Below, one piece after another: positions 9,585 through 21,618 of a stretch of 64,000 nt of DNA (position 1 is its first letter; each line of letters starts with the position of its first letter). Made by a program: the position numbers and the translations under genes. Where the stretch lies: positions 2,029,355 through 2,093,354 of the forward strand of contig NC_134030.1 in NCBI RefSeq assembly GCF_964204645.1, written 5' to 3'. The stretch comes from Tubulanus polymorphus. Taxonomy: Eukaryota; Animalia; Nemertea. The notes under the pieces were generated by a model. The model searched no databases and was not told the DNA's origin. It saw only the letters and a list, made by a program, of their open reading frames with translations.

Positions 9585-10221
9585 CTATAATATTAAAAAC
9601 TACTTGAACTTAAAAAATCAATCAAGGAAAAAATCTGCCGCTCAAAAAGAATTGAATATTTTTGAATAATTTACTTGACAACTACATGAAACAGTGGATG
9701 AATTTTACCTAAATCCGAAAACCGAATCCAGAATCCTCATCAACGAACAAATATATGAATAGTATCCGGATAACGCAAGTGTTATATTCCGATGATTGAG
9801 GTAGTGTATAGGCCGGACAGTCTGACCGGACTGCCGACTGGATACTGAATGAAAAACTAAGTACAGAACAATTTAAAGATAATCAAAACCAAGACGAGTG
9901 AATGAGTGAGCGGATTGGAGGAGACAGTAAGGTTCAACGACCCCTGATACTCGCGTGCTGTGATAAAGAGTTCAATGCCCTCATCATCACAACAATCACG
10001 AACGACATGTTGCGCAGCTATATACAGAGTTCAACAACCTCAGTGACAACACGCCGTCTGCTTGTGACAAACATTAAAAAATATAATCAAAGAATGTCCT
10101 AAAACCGGTTAAACCACTTATAGCGTGAAGAGGTCTTGCTTCTAGTTTATACGCTGGGGCATGTGCTACCCTCTAGGTTTTCAGTTGGCCCCGAAAATCA
10201 TTCCCGTCAAAAATTCTATAT

Positions 10222-10327
<106 letters not shown>

Positions 10328-10666
10328 ATAATAATAACAGAAATTGGGTCCCTACGTCAATTTTACCAGAATGCAAGGATTTTCAATGAGTTTAAGAGAA
10401 ATCTGTCGATTTTAGAGGTCGTTCAAGGTGTAATTTCGACGGTATAAACCCTTGAGACTGGGCAGAGATAGATGTCAATAACCTGGAGGCTCGCTGCTGT
10501 TAGAAAAAACATCACAATGAAAATATCTTATATCACATTTCATCATTTCCTGTTCGAGAAACAATGAGAACTGCGACGACCAAACTGCTGTATCTCTTAT
10601 TTCCTATAACAAAAAAATAAACCGGATGTTTCTTCCTTAAGATGAAGATATCTGAACCTCTCCAAA

Positions 10667-10955
10667 GAGTTTGATGGTACAATAGACTCCGCTCAAGTCA
10701 GATATTTTGACTTGAGAGTGATATCTGAGTTTGATGATACAGTAGACTCCGCTCAAGTCGGATCTTTTGACTTAAGAGTGATATCTGAGTTGGATGGTAC
10801 AGTAGACTCCGCTCAAGTCTGATATTTTGACTTGAGAGTGATATCTGAGTTGGATGGTACAGTAGACTCCGCTCAAGTCGGATCTTTTGACTTGAGAGTG
10901 ATATATCTGAGTTGGATGGTACAGTAGACTCCGCTCAAGTCGGATCTTTTAACTT
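10667..10955. repeat. 60-bp tandem repeat, ~4.7 copies, each with a hairpin
   Basis: Units align column-for-column on successive 60-nt lines; CTCAAGTC-N9-GACTTGAG dyad. Confidence 0.92.
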
Positions 10956-11694
10956 TAGAACCCGCTAAAGTTGTATTCTATTTGTTTACAAAAAATTCAG
11001 CTAGAATATAGGAGCAGAAAGTTATGTAAATGAATATGTGAGATATGAACTGTTGTCTATGAGTTGACTGAGCATATAGACTGTAATATGCGGTAGATAG
11101 TTTCTCGGTTTTCATAATGCTCAGAATATTCTCTGATAATTGTGTGAAATACAATAGAATAGAAACTATGAATAGAACGATTGTTCCTACGAAAAAACCT
11201 ATTCATAAAATCTCTCATGAAAATTTCATATGTTTCACATATTTTTCGATCGAGACATTTGTGCAAACAATACTTTCAGTTTAGCCTTCACACTACCGAT
11301 TCACGGCAGATAATTGAACAGATAATCAATAAGTTTCAATGGAGTCTGCTTAGCCTAGGAATTAGGATATTCATTTACTCTACAGCTATTTCTATGGCAT
11401 ATGGAGGGAGAGACTATAAAACGCATTTTCAATATTTACAAAATAACAGAAAATAATAAACTTTAATGAAATATAACAAAGTTATTAACAATACGTGTCT
11501 ACACTATTAACAATATATTAACTATTTGAGGGATCTTTATACATCTAAGTCTAGCTAACTGGGTTGTTGGATTTTTTAGAATATCAAGGTTTCCAAAAGT
11601 ATTCAAATAAGTTTTCACGGATTTTATCAAGTAGAATCAAAAATAAAATGTAATATCCTTAAGTCAAATTTAAAAACACACCTTTTTAAAACTA

Positions 11695-11848
11695 CTTATA
11701 TGTTTTAAGCTTTTTTTACTGTGTTTTATCATAAGCTTTTTAAGTTCTTGATTTTATGTAAATGTATTAACCCTTTGTACAGCGCATTAGATTATTATTT
11801 TAGTTATGCGCTATATAAGAAATAAATTATTATTATTATTATATTATT
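11695..11848 (+). mobile_element. 3' tail of an L2/CR1-type LINE or partner SINE
   Basis: TGTACAGCGC...GCGCTATATAAGAAATAAA followed by (ATT)n, the typical stem-loop plus short-repeat tail of this group. Confidence 0.6.
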
Positions 11849-14800
11849 AATTCATCGCCTAAAGCTCAACAAGCGGAGCGTGATCTGTCATTTCTATAGA
11901 ATTGAAGGTTTGATAATTTATTTACACGTAAAATACCAAATTCTAAATTCGAATAAACTAATTACTAAATCATCATCAAAGTAATGACGTAAAGTAAAGT
12001 AAAGTCTGATGTGATGTTGTCAGTCAGGACAAATAACCAGTAACATCAACAAAAAATGACACATTGACAGTTGCTGCATGTATCCTCTGATAGATCAGTG
12101 ATACCTGACCCTGAATACAAAACATGGACAGACAGACAGACTAACTAACAAACCTGCAAAACATGGTCTGCATTGTGGAACTATCACACTCTCCTATCCA
12201 CAATCCACTTTTAACTCATCCACTATCCAATTCTAATTCTAACGACAAGTTCCACGCTGTTTAGTTCGTCTCTATCGGAAAAAATCTATCGTCAGATCTT
12301 CTTATCTATCAACGAATCCACAATCTATCCACAGTCCACAATCAATCCACAGTCCACAATCTATCTATCCACAGTCCATGTACCGAATAATCATAATTTT
12401 TCTACAATTGTCCATGCTGCAGAAGACAAAATGTTGTACACTGTTGATGACTATACTATTATCCTCAATCGAGGTCTCGTTATAAATCTGTAGCTAATAA
12501 CGTATCCCCCGCGGCCGAAACGTTCATACCGTGTTTACTACGAATAGTCGATTGTCAAATGCCCCACGTCGAGTCTCCGATATCGAAGTACCCTTGACCT
12601 AACAACTGTAAACAAGGTCAGGGACACTATTCGTAGATAGCTCAATCAATTCAAGGTCGTAATCATAAAAATTCATGTAACAATCACTGAACAACAATTA
12701 ATGTCCGTCGGTTTTTTTCTAATTCAAATTGCGAGTAATTGATGATGACGATGACGGCGAACTCAGACGTCTCTGTCTCCAGATCTGTCGATCTGTTCTG
12801 ATCAGTATCTCCCTCACTCACTCAACAGATGTCGATTTAAAGCTCAATATCAAACTGCAATCGAAAACACGAGCGCACGAGTTTCCAGGTGGCAACTTTT
12901 TATACATGTATTTCCATTCTAATACGTCTGGTGCTGTGGAGATTTTTTTCTCTTCAATTGAATAACAACTCAACAATCTAGTAATCTCAGGGTCAAACAC
13001 TAGTTGTCTCACGGTCACGTTTGACTGTGTCGTTTTTGTAAAAATGCTGAGATTGATTTGCAAATCATTTTTCTGCGATGAACTGAACCGAGTGTTTTTA
13101 ATTTGAGAGATAGAGTCATCTCTGAGGGTTGTAATTAGTTCATTTTCAATTCGAGTCAAATCTGAACTCACAACAGTGGAATAATTGAGTTCTGAAGTTC
13201 TTTCCTAGAAAATAGATCTAAAATGCATGTATTTAGCGAGAGACCCTTTCTTATATTTCTACCCTTTTCTGCAGATGAACTTGTTGCCGAACACTGATGC
13301 TCAATCCATCCTTGATCATTTATATCAAAAACCTTACAGTTCTACAGTTCCCAATTAGATTATCGATTTCGATGAAAGTTTTAATTCCTGAAATTAACTA
13401 GGAACCATTGTCACGGACAATAACTTCAAATCTATTCAAGGTCTTTCTTAATTGTTTTCCCTGACTTGATCTGCTAAGAATCGAATCCATTAAAACAGTC
13501 AAAATATCCTCAGTGGAGAGTTCAAATAATTAATAATCCATAGCACAACAAACAGTTTCATTTCTCATATAGACCTATATAAACTAATAAATAATAAGTT
13601 GAACGTTATGGGGTTAAAATATACCAATTTTCAAATCCCTCAGAAATGAAAATTGCTTGCAGTCAAATATGTAAAACATAGACGAAAACTGTTTGTCATT
13701 CAAACTATTTCAACAAATTTCCCTGACTTTTCTATAACTTTTAGCTATTTCACAAAATTCCCCGACTATTCGCAGACTTTTTTAAAGATAAGAAAATTCC
13801 TTGACTTTTGTCTGATCACCAGCGATCGCCTCTTTGTTGATCAATTAATTGGGTGCAGTTTTCAAGCAATCAATAAGTGAATGAAGTAGGAAGCCCTGAC
13901 TGCGGAACTGCAGAATTACAAATAAAATCTACTTACATTTTTGACGGCATTTTATGAAAACTGTAAACCTCTGATGACATAAATACCTGCAGCTGGTTCT
14001 GACCCCCATCACAAATTATATATATATATATAGTAGCTGCAGAAATAGAAAAAATAATTCCATCAAATCAGAGCCTGAAGAATGCAGTTAGGAAAATCAT
14101 TTCACCTGCCAATCACTTGATTCATTATCAAAACAAACAGACAATCGCGAGAGGGTTAGCGGCGAGGAAAAAAGTAAAAAAAACGGTCGAGGAGACAAAT
14201 CGGGCAAGAGGGCCGTGGATTATGAAGTGGACAGTGAGAGCAGTGAAAGTGATGAGAGCGGTAAGAGCAGTAAGAGTGGTTTAATAATTATAGGTGACCA
14301 AGAGGATAATGTGATTATAGCTCACACTCTGCACTCAACTCTGTGATATCACTGATACATATCTGTCATTGTAAAGGGTAAAGTGTTAGCTTTAGTAAAC
14401 AAGGTTACAGATGACATACAAGATATCTGCACTTAATGAACCCTGCTGCCAGTTGATCATGAGACGCCATCATTCGTCAGGGTCTTTTTGTAACTTTGAA
14501 ATGGAAAATATAAATACTTAGTTTAATCACATCTATATGCCTTTAATATTAAGTCATATTTTATCATTTTTAATTTAAAATCATATTTCAAATCTTTTTC
14601 AGTGTCAAAAAACACTTTTGTCGGAAAATAATAATATGCCTTTCGTTAGACTAAGGAATTTCTGGCAATGGGCTTCATAGACTTAAGAATAGTGCCAGTC
14701 ACCACACCTGACTGGTTTACACCACACCTGACTGGTTAACTGACCACACACAGTTGACTGGTCACCACACTACTGACCATCCATGTCCATTGTTCTCATT

Positions 14801-16535
14801 CAACACAAACTTTCAAGCATGATGTAATCTCAACAGAGCAGTGCAGTTACTACTTACATTCGGAAGCCGCCAACTGTTTAAAACATTTTCCGCTGGTGTT
14901 GGCTTTTTATGGATAGGCCTACTGCGAGATTATTCTATAAAAAAAGCACTTTTCATTACTTTCAGTTTCTCACCACCACGTGCCCTTGCCACGGGATCAA
15001 TGATTCACCGTGATTTGATACGATTTAAAATATCAAATATTAAATGAAATCATTTCTATTTAAAAGTGGCTTTAGATATCTTGATCAATCAAGAGAATGA
15101 ATTTACAAAATAAAGGATTAGGACAAACTATTTACCAATGTGCGGGCCGGATTCAGAGAAAATTCTCAGACTTTTAAAAAAGCACTGAAACTACTCAGTT
15201 GGCAATTTTTCTATAAAACAATTATTTTTAAAAGGGTATATTTGTTTCTGGGTATTTCTACTATCGTTCGTGAACGTGGGTTTGATTATTTTCTAAAACG
15301 CTGAAGAAAAAAGCCGGGATAGGCCAAAATCATATGGAAATATCATTTAAAATGCTGGATTTAAAGTAGTGTATCAGAATTAGGTGCCACAGTGGGTGGT
15401 ATTGGACGTAATAAAGGACATTTAAATTCCGGCAGTGAATTTGTGCTACTACTTTAGTTCACATAAATTCCGCTATTGTTAATCATAGCGGCAGCACTGA
15501 ACGGTTACAATCGAATATGGCTTCGCGATTCTACTGTGGCATGCGAGGAGCATACTATATTTTTTGTCAAATGTCATTAATCATACAACTCTAGTTTGAT
15601 TTAACTAAATACATGTATCAATTCAAAAACTTTGTTTAAGCAAAAGATGATATCAAAATGATTTTGAAGTCATTTTTGTTGGGACTAGTTTTTCAGCGAA
15701 TGTATTTGCATCCGGTAAAGTGGCCAAATGAGCGATGACTCACATGCCACAGCAAGAATTTATAGCAAATTTTATTTTATTTTCGCATCTTATCAGAACC
15801 ATTAAATATTTTCATCATTTATCTACTTACTCAGTTAGTCCACTTTCCTCAGGTCATGCGGGAGCCAATAAATCTTATTTGTCAATCATTTACAATTATA
15901 TGTTTATTGTTAATGTTTATGCACTAATCAACGCAATAATATCACAATTGAATCCAGGCGGCGATTGATAATCTGCCAAGCGTGACAAAATGATTTCTTT
16001 TGATAACTTGCAAGTCGAAAAGCAGGACTTTTCCTCACTAGGACCTCAACGAAGTTTTTTCCAAAAGTCTAGCACTACTTAGATGCTACTGCAGTAGTGA
16101 AGCCTGTCTTAGGGATTCCTGAGTCACAACAGTATCAATACACCGGGTTAAGTTGGGACATAAATATCTTTCACTCCTAAGACATAAATTCCAGGCAAAG
16201 AAATTTCCTTACACAACGATCCAAAATATTGTCTAGAGAAAGTTTTGTGGGTTTCCTTGGGTTGTTCTTGCGCATCTATGATCTCTTTCTCACAGATTAT
16301 CTTATCCTCATGATGACCACTTATTTTGTCGCAATGCTAAAACCACCACGAAATCCGACAATTCAAATCAAGAATTTAGAAGTTTTTTTTCATTCATATT
16401 TCAGACAGTTTATTATCAAGCCTCTTAATCGAGTAATTTATTAGTTTACACATAATAGTTGTGAAAGACTTTTTTCTCTCTGTGATATTATAATAAATGC
16501 ACATGAGGTATAAACTGAGATTCAAAGAGTTTTTC

Positions 16536-16820
16536 TCAAGATTTCGTATCCTTTTGATCAGTATCCGCAGCTTCCGCAGGTGTCGCGGCAGTGGAAGCCT
16601 CATCGTCGTGGTGATTCCGTAATAAACCTCGAATCGATAAATCGTAGATGACTTCCTCGATTTTCTTGATGTCGTATTTCAATCCGTCGAAGCGTTTACG
16701 AAGCGCGTCGTTTTTTAGATTCAACAAACGAAATCCGGAATCTAAATCGCCGACGAACGAACCGATTCGTACCGGTCGCGTGTAATCACCGGCGGTTACC
16801 GAATTCACCGCCAGACGAGA
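16536..16820 (-). CDS. TSN: TSN exon 6 (last)
   Basis: ttgcag| acceptor; SRLAVNSVTAGDY...DLSIRGL plus an acidic Ala-rich tail to the stop. Confidence 0.96.
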   Translation of the reverse strand, partial: SRLAVNSVTAGDYTRPVRIGSFVGDLDSGFRLLNLKNDALRKRFDGLKYDIKKIEEVIYDLSIRGLLRNHHDDEASTAATPAEAADTDQKDTKS

Positions 16821-18439
16821 CTGCAACAATCAAACAACAAAAAATTGTTACAAAAACAATTCGTTTTTTCAGACAATCGAAATAAGCTTAAGACTTTTAA
16901 CTAAATCTTAACTCACCAATTCACTGGCTACGAGTAATAAACCCATTAGAAAATCATCTAAATCTATATGAAATCCGTCTTCCTTGTTCGATTTGACTAG
17001 AAGATAAAATAAACATGAAAAACAGCAATTCGTCAAAACTGTTGAACAGGAAAAATAAATAGAAAATGAAATAATTTCAACCATAGTCCGACTGTAGAAG
17101 TGAGTCCTGAATTGTCTCATTACCTCCTAACATTGCAGCTGTTTCATCTTTAGTGATTAAAGATTCAGTTTCCAGGTAAACAATTAACGCGCAAATGAAA
17201 ACCAAACGTTGACTTACGAACTTCCAATGATCATGAAATCTGTAAATCAAGAAATATAAGTAAATCTTCTCGTTTCATTGAAACTAAATCATCAGATATT
17301 GAAACTAAAATGTATCAACTGCGAATAGTTTAAACTTATTCTCATGAAAATTGGACGAATTCACAAATCACTAACAAACATTATTAATATTAGCATTGGT
17401 TTCTGTCCCGATATTATTTCAAATAAAAAAACCCACAACATAAAGAAAATTCATCGAGTCTCCTTGAGTCGTCTGTTTAGGTATTTCTAAAAACTGTTAT
17501 AACTGCATAATGAATGAGTTTTTGATAATTGCCCAGAGAATTCTTTATATCGTTGGCTTTATGCGTCACACTATTAGCGCGACCACCGGTAATATAAACG
17601 TACAACTAGCCTGTTATACCTGTAATACTGTCCGTCCGGAATTTTTGATTCCAATCCAGCGTAATATTTCTCGATGCCTTTTAAACTATTGCGAGCTGTT
17701 TGACAGATTGTGGAAACTGAAAAATCAATGATAAACGCACATAGAAATTCAATTCCAAAATGGCTGCATCATCAATCAGACAATGATATGGAATAGTAAC
17801 ACCTCAGTGTCAGCCCCCCCAGCTCCACACTGCACCCAGTTCCTATTTCCTTGGCACAGACCACTGCATATCTCCTTTGCCAAAGGAGATATGCAGTGGC
17901 CTGGGCTGGGAATTTTTAGATTAGATTTTATTTTACTTATAATCATTGCTATAATACATATACATTATATTTACAGGCAGAGTCATCGATTTTCAACAAA
18001 AAAATTAATATAGTAAATAGTAAGTTATAGTAAATTTTACCAACATAATTAACATAGATGGCGATACACGCACGGTGCTGCAGCCAGCGAGACCGAGCGG
18101 TCTGCTGACTATTATTTATTTACCTTTCACACTTACTATTTTTTAATCCTACAGGTTGATGAACAGCCTGAAGTCCTGTTATAATTTCGCGAGCCAATTG
18201 TTCAATTTCCCGGACTTGACTTCGAATTTCCTTAAGCGTAAAACAAACCAGCGACACATTAATCATGATTAGCTTAGAAAATGACAAAAATAAATTTAAT
18301 TTGAATTTGCAGCGAGATGTCATGGATTCTCGCCTCCCAGCGCCTGTCACACTCTCCTCACCTCTCTTATTTCTTGGTCGTGTTTAAGGTACTCTTGAAA
18401 TGACGTGAATATCTCAGACATGTTTGATGTTAAAGCCAT
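16536..18439 (-). CDS. TSN: Translin (C3PO subunit), complete, 6 exons, 249 aa
   Basis: Exons 18439-18362, 18230-18137, 17716-17620, 17239-17124, 16996-16917 and 16820-16536 (78/94/97/116/80/285 nt, total 750) are all GT-AG. Motifs QYYRFHDHW, GFHIDLDDFLMG, SRLAVNSVTAGDY and LLNLKNDALRKRFDGLKYD are diagnostic of translin. Confidence 0.98.
16917..16996 (-). CDS. TSN: TSN exon 5
   Basis: KSNKEDGFHIDLDDFLMGLLLVASEL; ttctag| acceptor, |gtgagt donor. Confidence 0.95.
17124..17239 (-). CDS. TSN: TSN exon 4
   Basis: FHDHWKFVSQRLVFICALIVYLETESLITKDETAAMLG; tacag| acceptor, g|gtaatg donor. Confidence 0.95.
17620..17716 (-). CDS. TSN: TSN exon 3
   Basis: STICQTARNSLKGIEKYYAGLESKIPDGQYY; ttttcag| acceptor, ag|gtataa donor. 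Confidence 0.93.
17854..17906. repeat. Long palindrome in TSN intron 2
   Basis: CCACTGCATATCTCCTTTG-C-CAAAGGAGATATGCAGTGG (17861-17899): perfect 19-bp arms, extending to 26 bp with 2 mismatches. Confidence 0.9.
18137..18230 (-). CDS. TSN: TSN exon 2
   Basis: EIRSQVREIEQLAREIITGLQAVHQPVGLKN; aag| acceptor, a|gtaagt donor. Confidence 0.93.
18362..18439 (-). CDS. TSN: TSN exon 1 (MALTSNMSEIFTSFQEYLKHDQEIRE)
   Basis: aaaATGgct start, gag|gtgag donor; a second in-frame ATG six codons downstream is an alternative start. Confidence 0.9.
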
Positions 18440-18467
18440 TTTAGCAATGTTTAATACAGTTTTCCTT

Positions 18468-18845
18468 GTTTTTATTCGCCGGTGAAGCAGCGGATATTTT
18501 ACAGTACTCAGATATCGGAACGCCTAAAATGCGGTGGACGATATCGGCACAATTAGCGAAAACATGCAATCGGCCTCGGCACAAACTGGCAGAAGTCTAT
18601 CCCCGATTGCCAGAGTCTATTCCCGTTAGTGTATGAAAAATCCGCTAGTGTTGAGCATAGCGGCAGCACCGAACGGTATACTGGGCAGCACGTCGATTTC
18701 TCAGTATCACCGGGTTCGAGCCCGGGACACCCCTGTACATCTTCTATTCAGCATCAGTACTACTCTGAATCAGTATCAGTAATTACTGGGTTCGAACCCG
18801 GGACACCCCTGTACATCCTCTATTCAGCATCAGAACATCTGAATC
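18468..18845 (-). promoter_or_regulatory. Translin 5'UTR/proximal promoter region (duplicated at 63623-64000)
   Basis: CpG-rich segment starting 29 bp upstream of the TSN ATG; promoter role inferred from position. Confidence 0.65.
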
Positions 18846-18940
18846 AGTAAATGACTGGGTCGAACCCGGGACACCCCTGTACATCCTCTAATCAGCATCA
18901 GGATCACTCTGACTCAGTTTCAGTAATTACTGGGTTCGAA
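18710..18940 (+). repeat. ~70-76-bp tandem repeat carrying a tRNA B-box palindrome (GGGTTCGAACCC)
   Basis: Units start at 18712, 18788, 18857 and 18932; dispersed copies at ~19535-19610, ~61935-61985 and 63866-64000. Confidence 0.8.
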
Positions 18941-20539
18941 AAGACGAATCAACGATTCCATTAACAGCGGAATCAGTGTCAGCTGTAGATTCATACACAC
19001 GAGACCTTGGAGCAATCAGACTCAAGCCGAGTCAAAGTGACAGATAGATTATGTAGGTTTTAATCTGCTGCCTGCTGTACAACAGATATTCAATACCAGA
19101 CACAGTTTGAAAGGGGGCACTGTGCCAAGCTGTGTTTGAAGATTATGTAGTAGGTGTCCAGTGTCAAGTTTCTACTGTAGCAGAGAGAGTGGCTTGAAGT
19201 CCTCATTGTCCAGCGGAACTATATTATCTTATGGGCAAAAGGAAAATTTTCGAATGATCCAAATCTTGATTGATGTTAGCCGGGACATGCTGGAAATCTG
19301 ATTGATGTTAGCCGGGACATGCTGGAAATCTGATAGGGTTTCATATTGAACAGAATAGTATTCACAAGGTAGTCAATTCAGACTAATGACTTAAATTGCT
19401 CAGAACCTCAGCAACTTTTCGCATCTTCTTGAACTTTCTGTACTAAAAGAATTCCCGATTTGACAGAGAAATTGTTCAGCATCTCTGATCTGATCTTTTC
19501 CTGTTGTCTGATATTCTACGGCCAACCACAAGCTCTGTACATCTTCTATTCAGCACCAGGACCACTCTGAATCAGTGTCAGTAATTACTGGATTCGAACC
19601 CGTGACACCTCTGTTAAGTGTAGGGATCAACTCATCTCGCAGTATACTATGAACCTCTATTAGATAAGTTTATTTCTAACACATCTTCTGTTTGTAAAAT
19701 AAAACTGTATCAATTTGCTGTCTATAATATTCATCTTTAAATAAGATTGTAATCCAGCAGGTGTGCTGGGGTAAGGTGACAAACACTACAGTAAACCGGC
19801 TCACCCTTACTGGGACGAACTGAGTCCAAGATTGGCACGAATTGAAGTGAAAGTCTGAGTAAGACTGTAAGGTTTACTGAAGTTATCTCTCATTACACTA
19901 TATAAAGTTGTAAATAAATCTGGACTTTAACTAGTTTACATGTCCATGAGTAGACCGAGTTCTAACTAAAATCCATTCAAACGAGTCAGTCGAGGAGAGA
20001 GGGAGGGAGAGCTTGAGTCAATGTGATACTATACTTGATTAATGTGATTCGAGTTAAGAGCCGAGTCTACTGTAGATTACAGAAAAAAGAACCACAAAAC
20101 AATTTGTAGCGAACAACTAAACCACGAATAGATCAGTAGTTGTGATCAATAGTTCAATACGTACATGTATCATATAAGTAAACATAAGTAAACAAAGACT
20201 TCAACCAATTATCAAACACCAAGTTGACTCGGCTCCTCTACAGATCCTCATATCATTTTATTGAAATAAATATGTATTTACAATAACTAATGAATTAATA
20301 CAGTCGTAATTAACGAACACCGACAGAAGTCAACACGAATAAATCAAGGTCAGTCATCATGTTATGTCAATATTCAAGCACACTACAGAACTGACTGCTG
20401 CATTTCAGTTCCACCTCAAAACAACATCAAAAACTCTTTAGAAACAATCAAAGATATTCTAACTTGTTTTATTTAAATTAAAATAAAATTCGAATTGAAC
20501 ACACATGTTCATACACAGGGTCGGTTGCACCCAGACAAT

Positions 20540-21618
20540 AATTCTCCAAGTCTTAACATGCATTAGAGTTCTCCAAGTTCGAGCAACACATTAGAGTTCT
20601 CCAAGTTCAAGCAACACATTAGTGTTCTCCAAGTTCGAGCAACGCATTAGTGTTCTCCAAGTTCCAGCAATGCATTAGAGTTCTCCAAGTTCCAGCAACG
20701 CACTAGAGTTCTCCAAGTTCCAGCAACGCATTAGAGTTCTCCAAGTTCCAGCAACGCATTAGAGTTCCAAGTTCCAGCAACGCATTAGAGTTCTCCAAGT
20801 TCCAGCAACGCATTAGAGTTCCAAGTTCCAGCAACGCATTAGTGTTCTCCAAGTTCGAGCAACGCATTAGTGTTCTCCAAGTTCGAGCAACACATTAGAG
20901 TTCTCCAAGTTCCAGCAACGCATTAGAGTTCTCCAAGTTCCAGCAACGCATTAGAGTTCCAAGTTCCAGCAACGCATTAGAGTTCCAAGTTCCAGCAACG
21001 CATTAGAGTTCCAAGTTCCAGCAACGCATTAGAGTTCCAAGTTCCAGCAACGCATTAGAGTTCTCCAAGTTCCAGCAACGCATTAGTTCCAAGTTCGAGC
21101 AACGCAAATGGTCAACAGATGCCATCTGAATATCAAAGCCAACATCGTGTTTGATTAGATGTTTCACATATTTTCACCTACAAGACAATCAAAAGGATAA
21201 AAAAGGATATTTTCAACAATCACTAAATCAATAAAATAAATTTATCTATTACAATATATACCTGATTTATAGTCAATTCAGATTCATGACTCATCCATTC
21301 ATTCTCGAGCAACGCATTAATGTTCTCCAAGTTCCAGCAACGCACTAGAGTTCTCCAAGTTCCAGCAACGCATTAGAGTTCTTCAAGTTCCAGGAACGCA
21401 TTAGTGTTCTCCAAGTTCGAGCAACGCATTAGTGTTCTCCAAGTTCGAGCAACGCATTAGTGTTCTCCAAGTTCGAGCAACGCATTAGAGTTCTCCAAGT
21501 TCCAGCAACGCATTAGAGTTCTCCAAGTTCGAGCAACGCATTAGAGTTCCAAGTTCCAGCAACGCATTAGAGTTCCAAGTTCCAGCAACGGATTAGAGTT
21601 CCATGTTCCAGCAACGCA
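20540..21618. repeat. 28/26-bp minisatellite (GCATTAGAGTTCTCCAAGTTCCAGCAAC)n in two blocks within a ~511-bp duplication
   Basis: Blocks at 20540-21107 and 21305-21618, each followed by CAAATGGTCAACAGATGCC (21106, 21617). Confidence 0.93.

Noticed and set aside
15298-15335. Penelope-type hammerhead-like CTGAAGA...GCC-N6-GGC-CAAAA
   Set aside because: Lacks the GAAA core and has extra As before stem II
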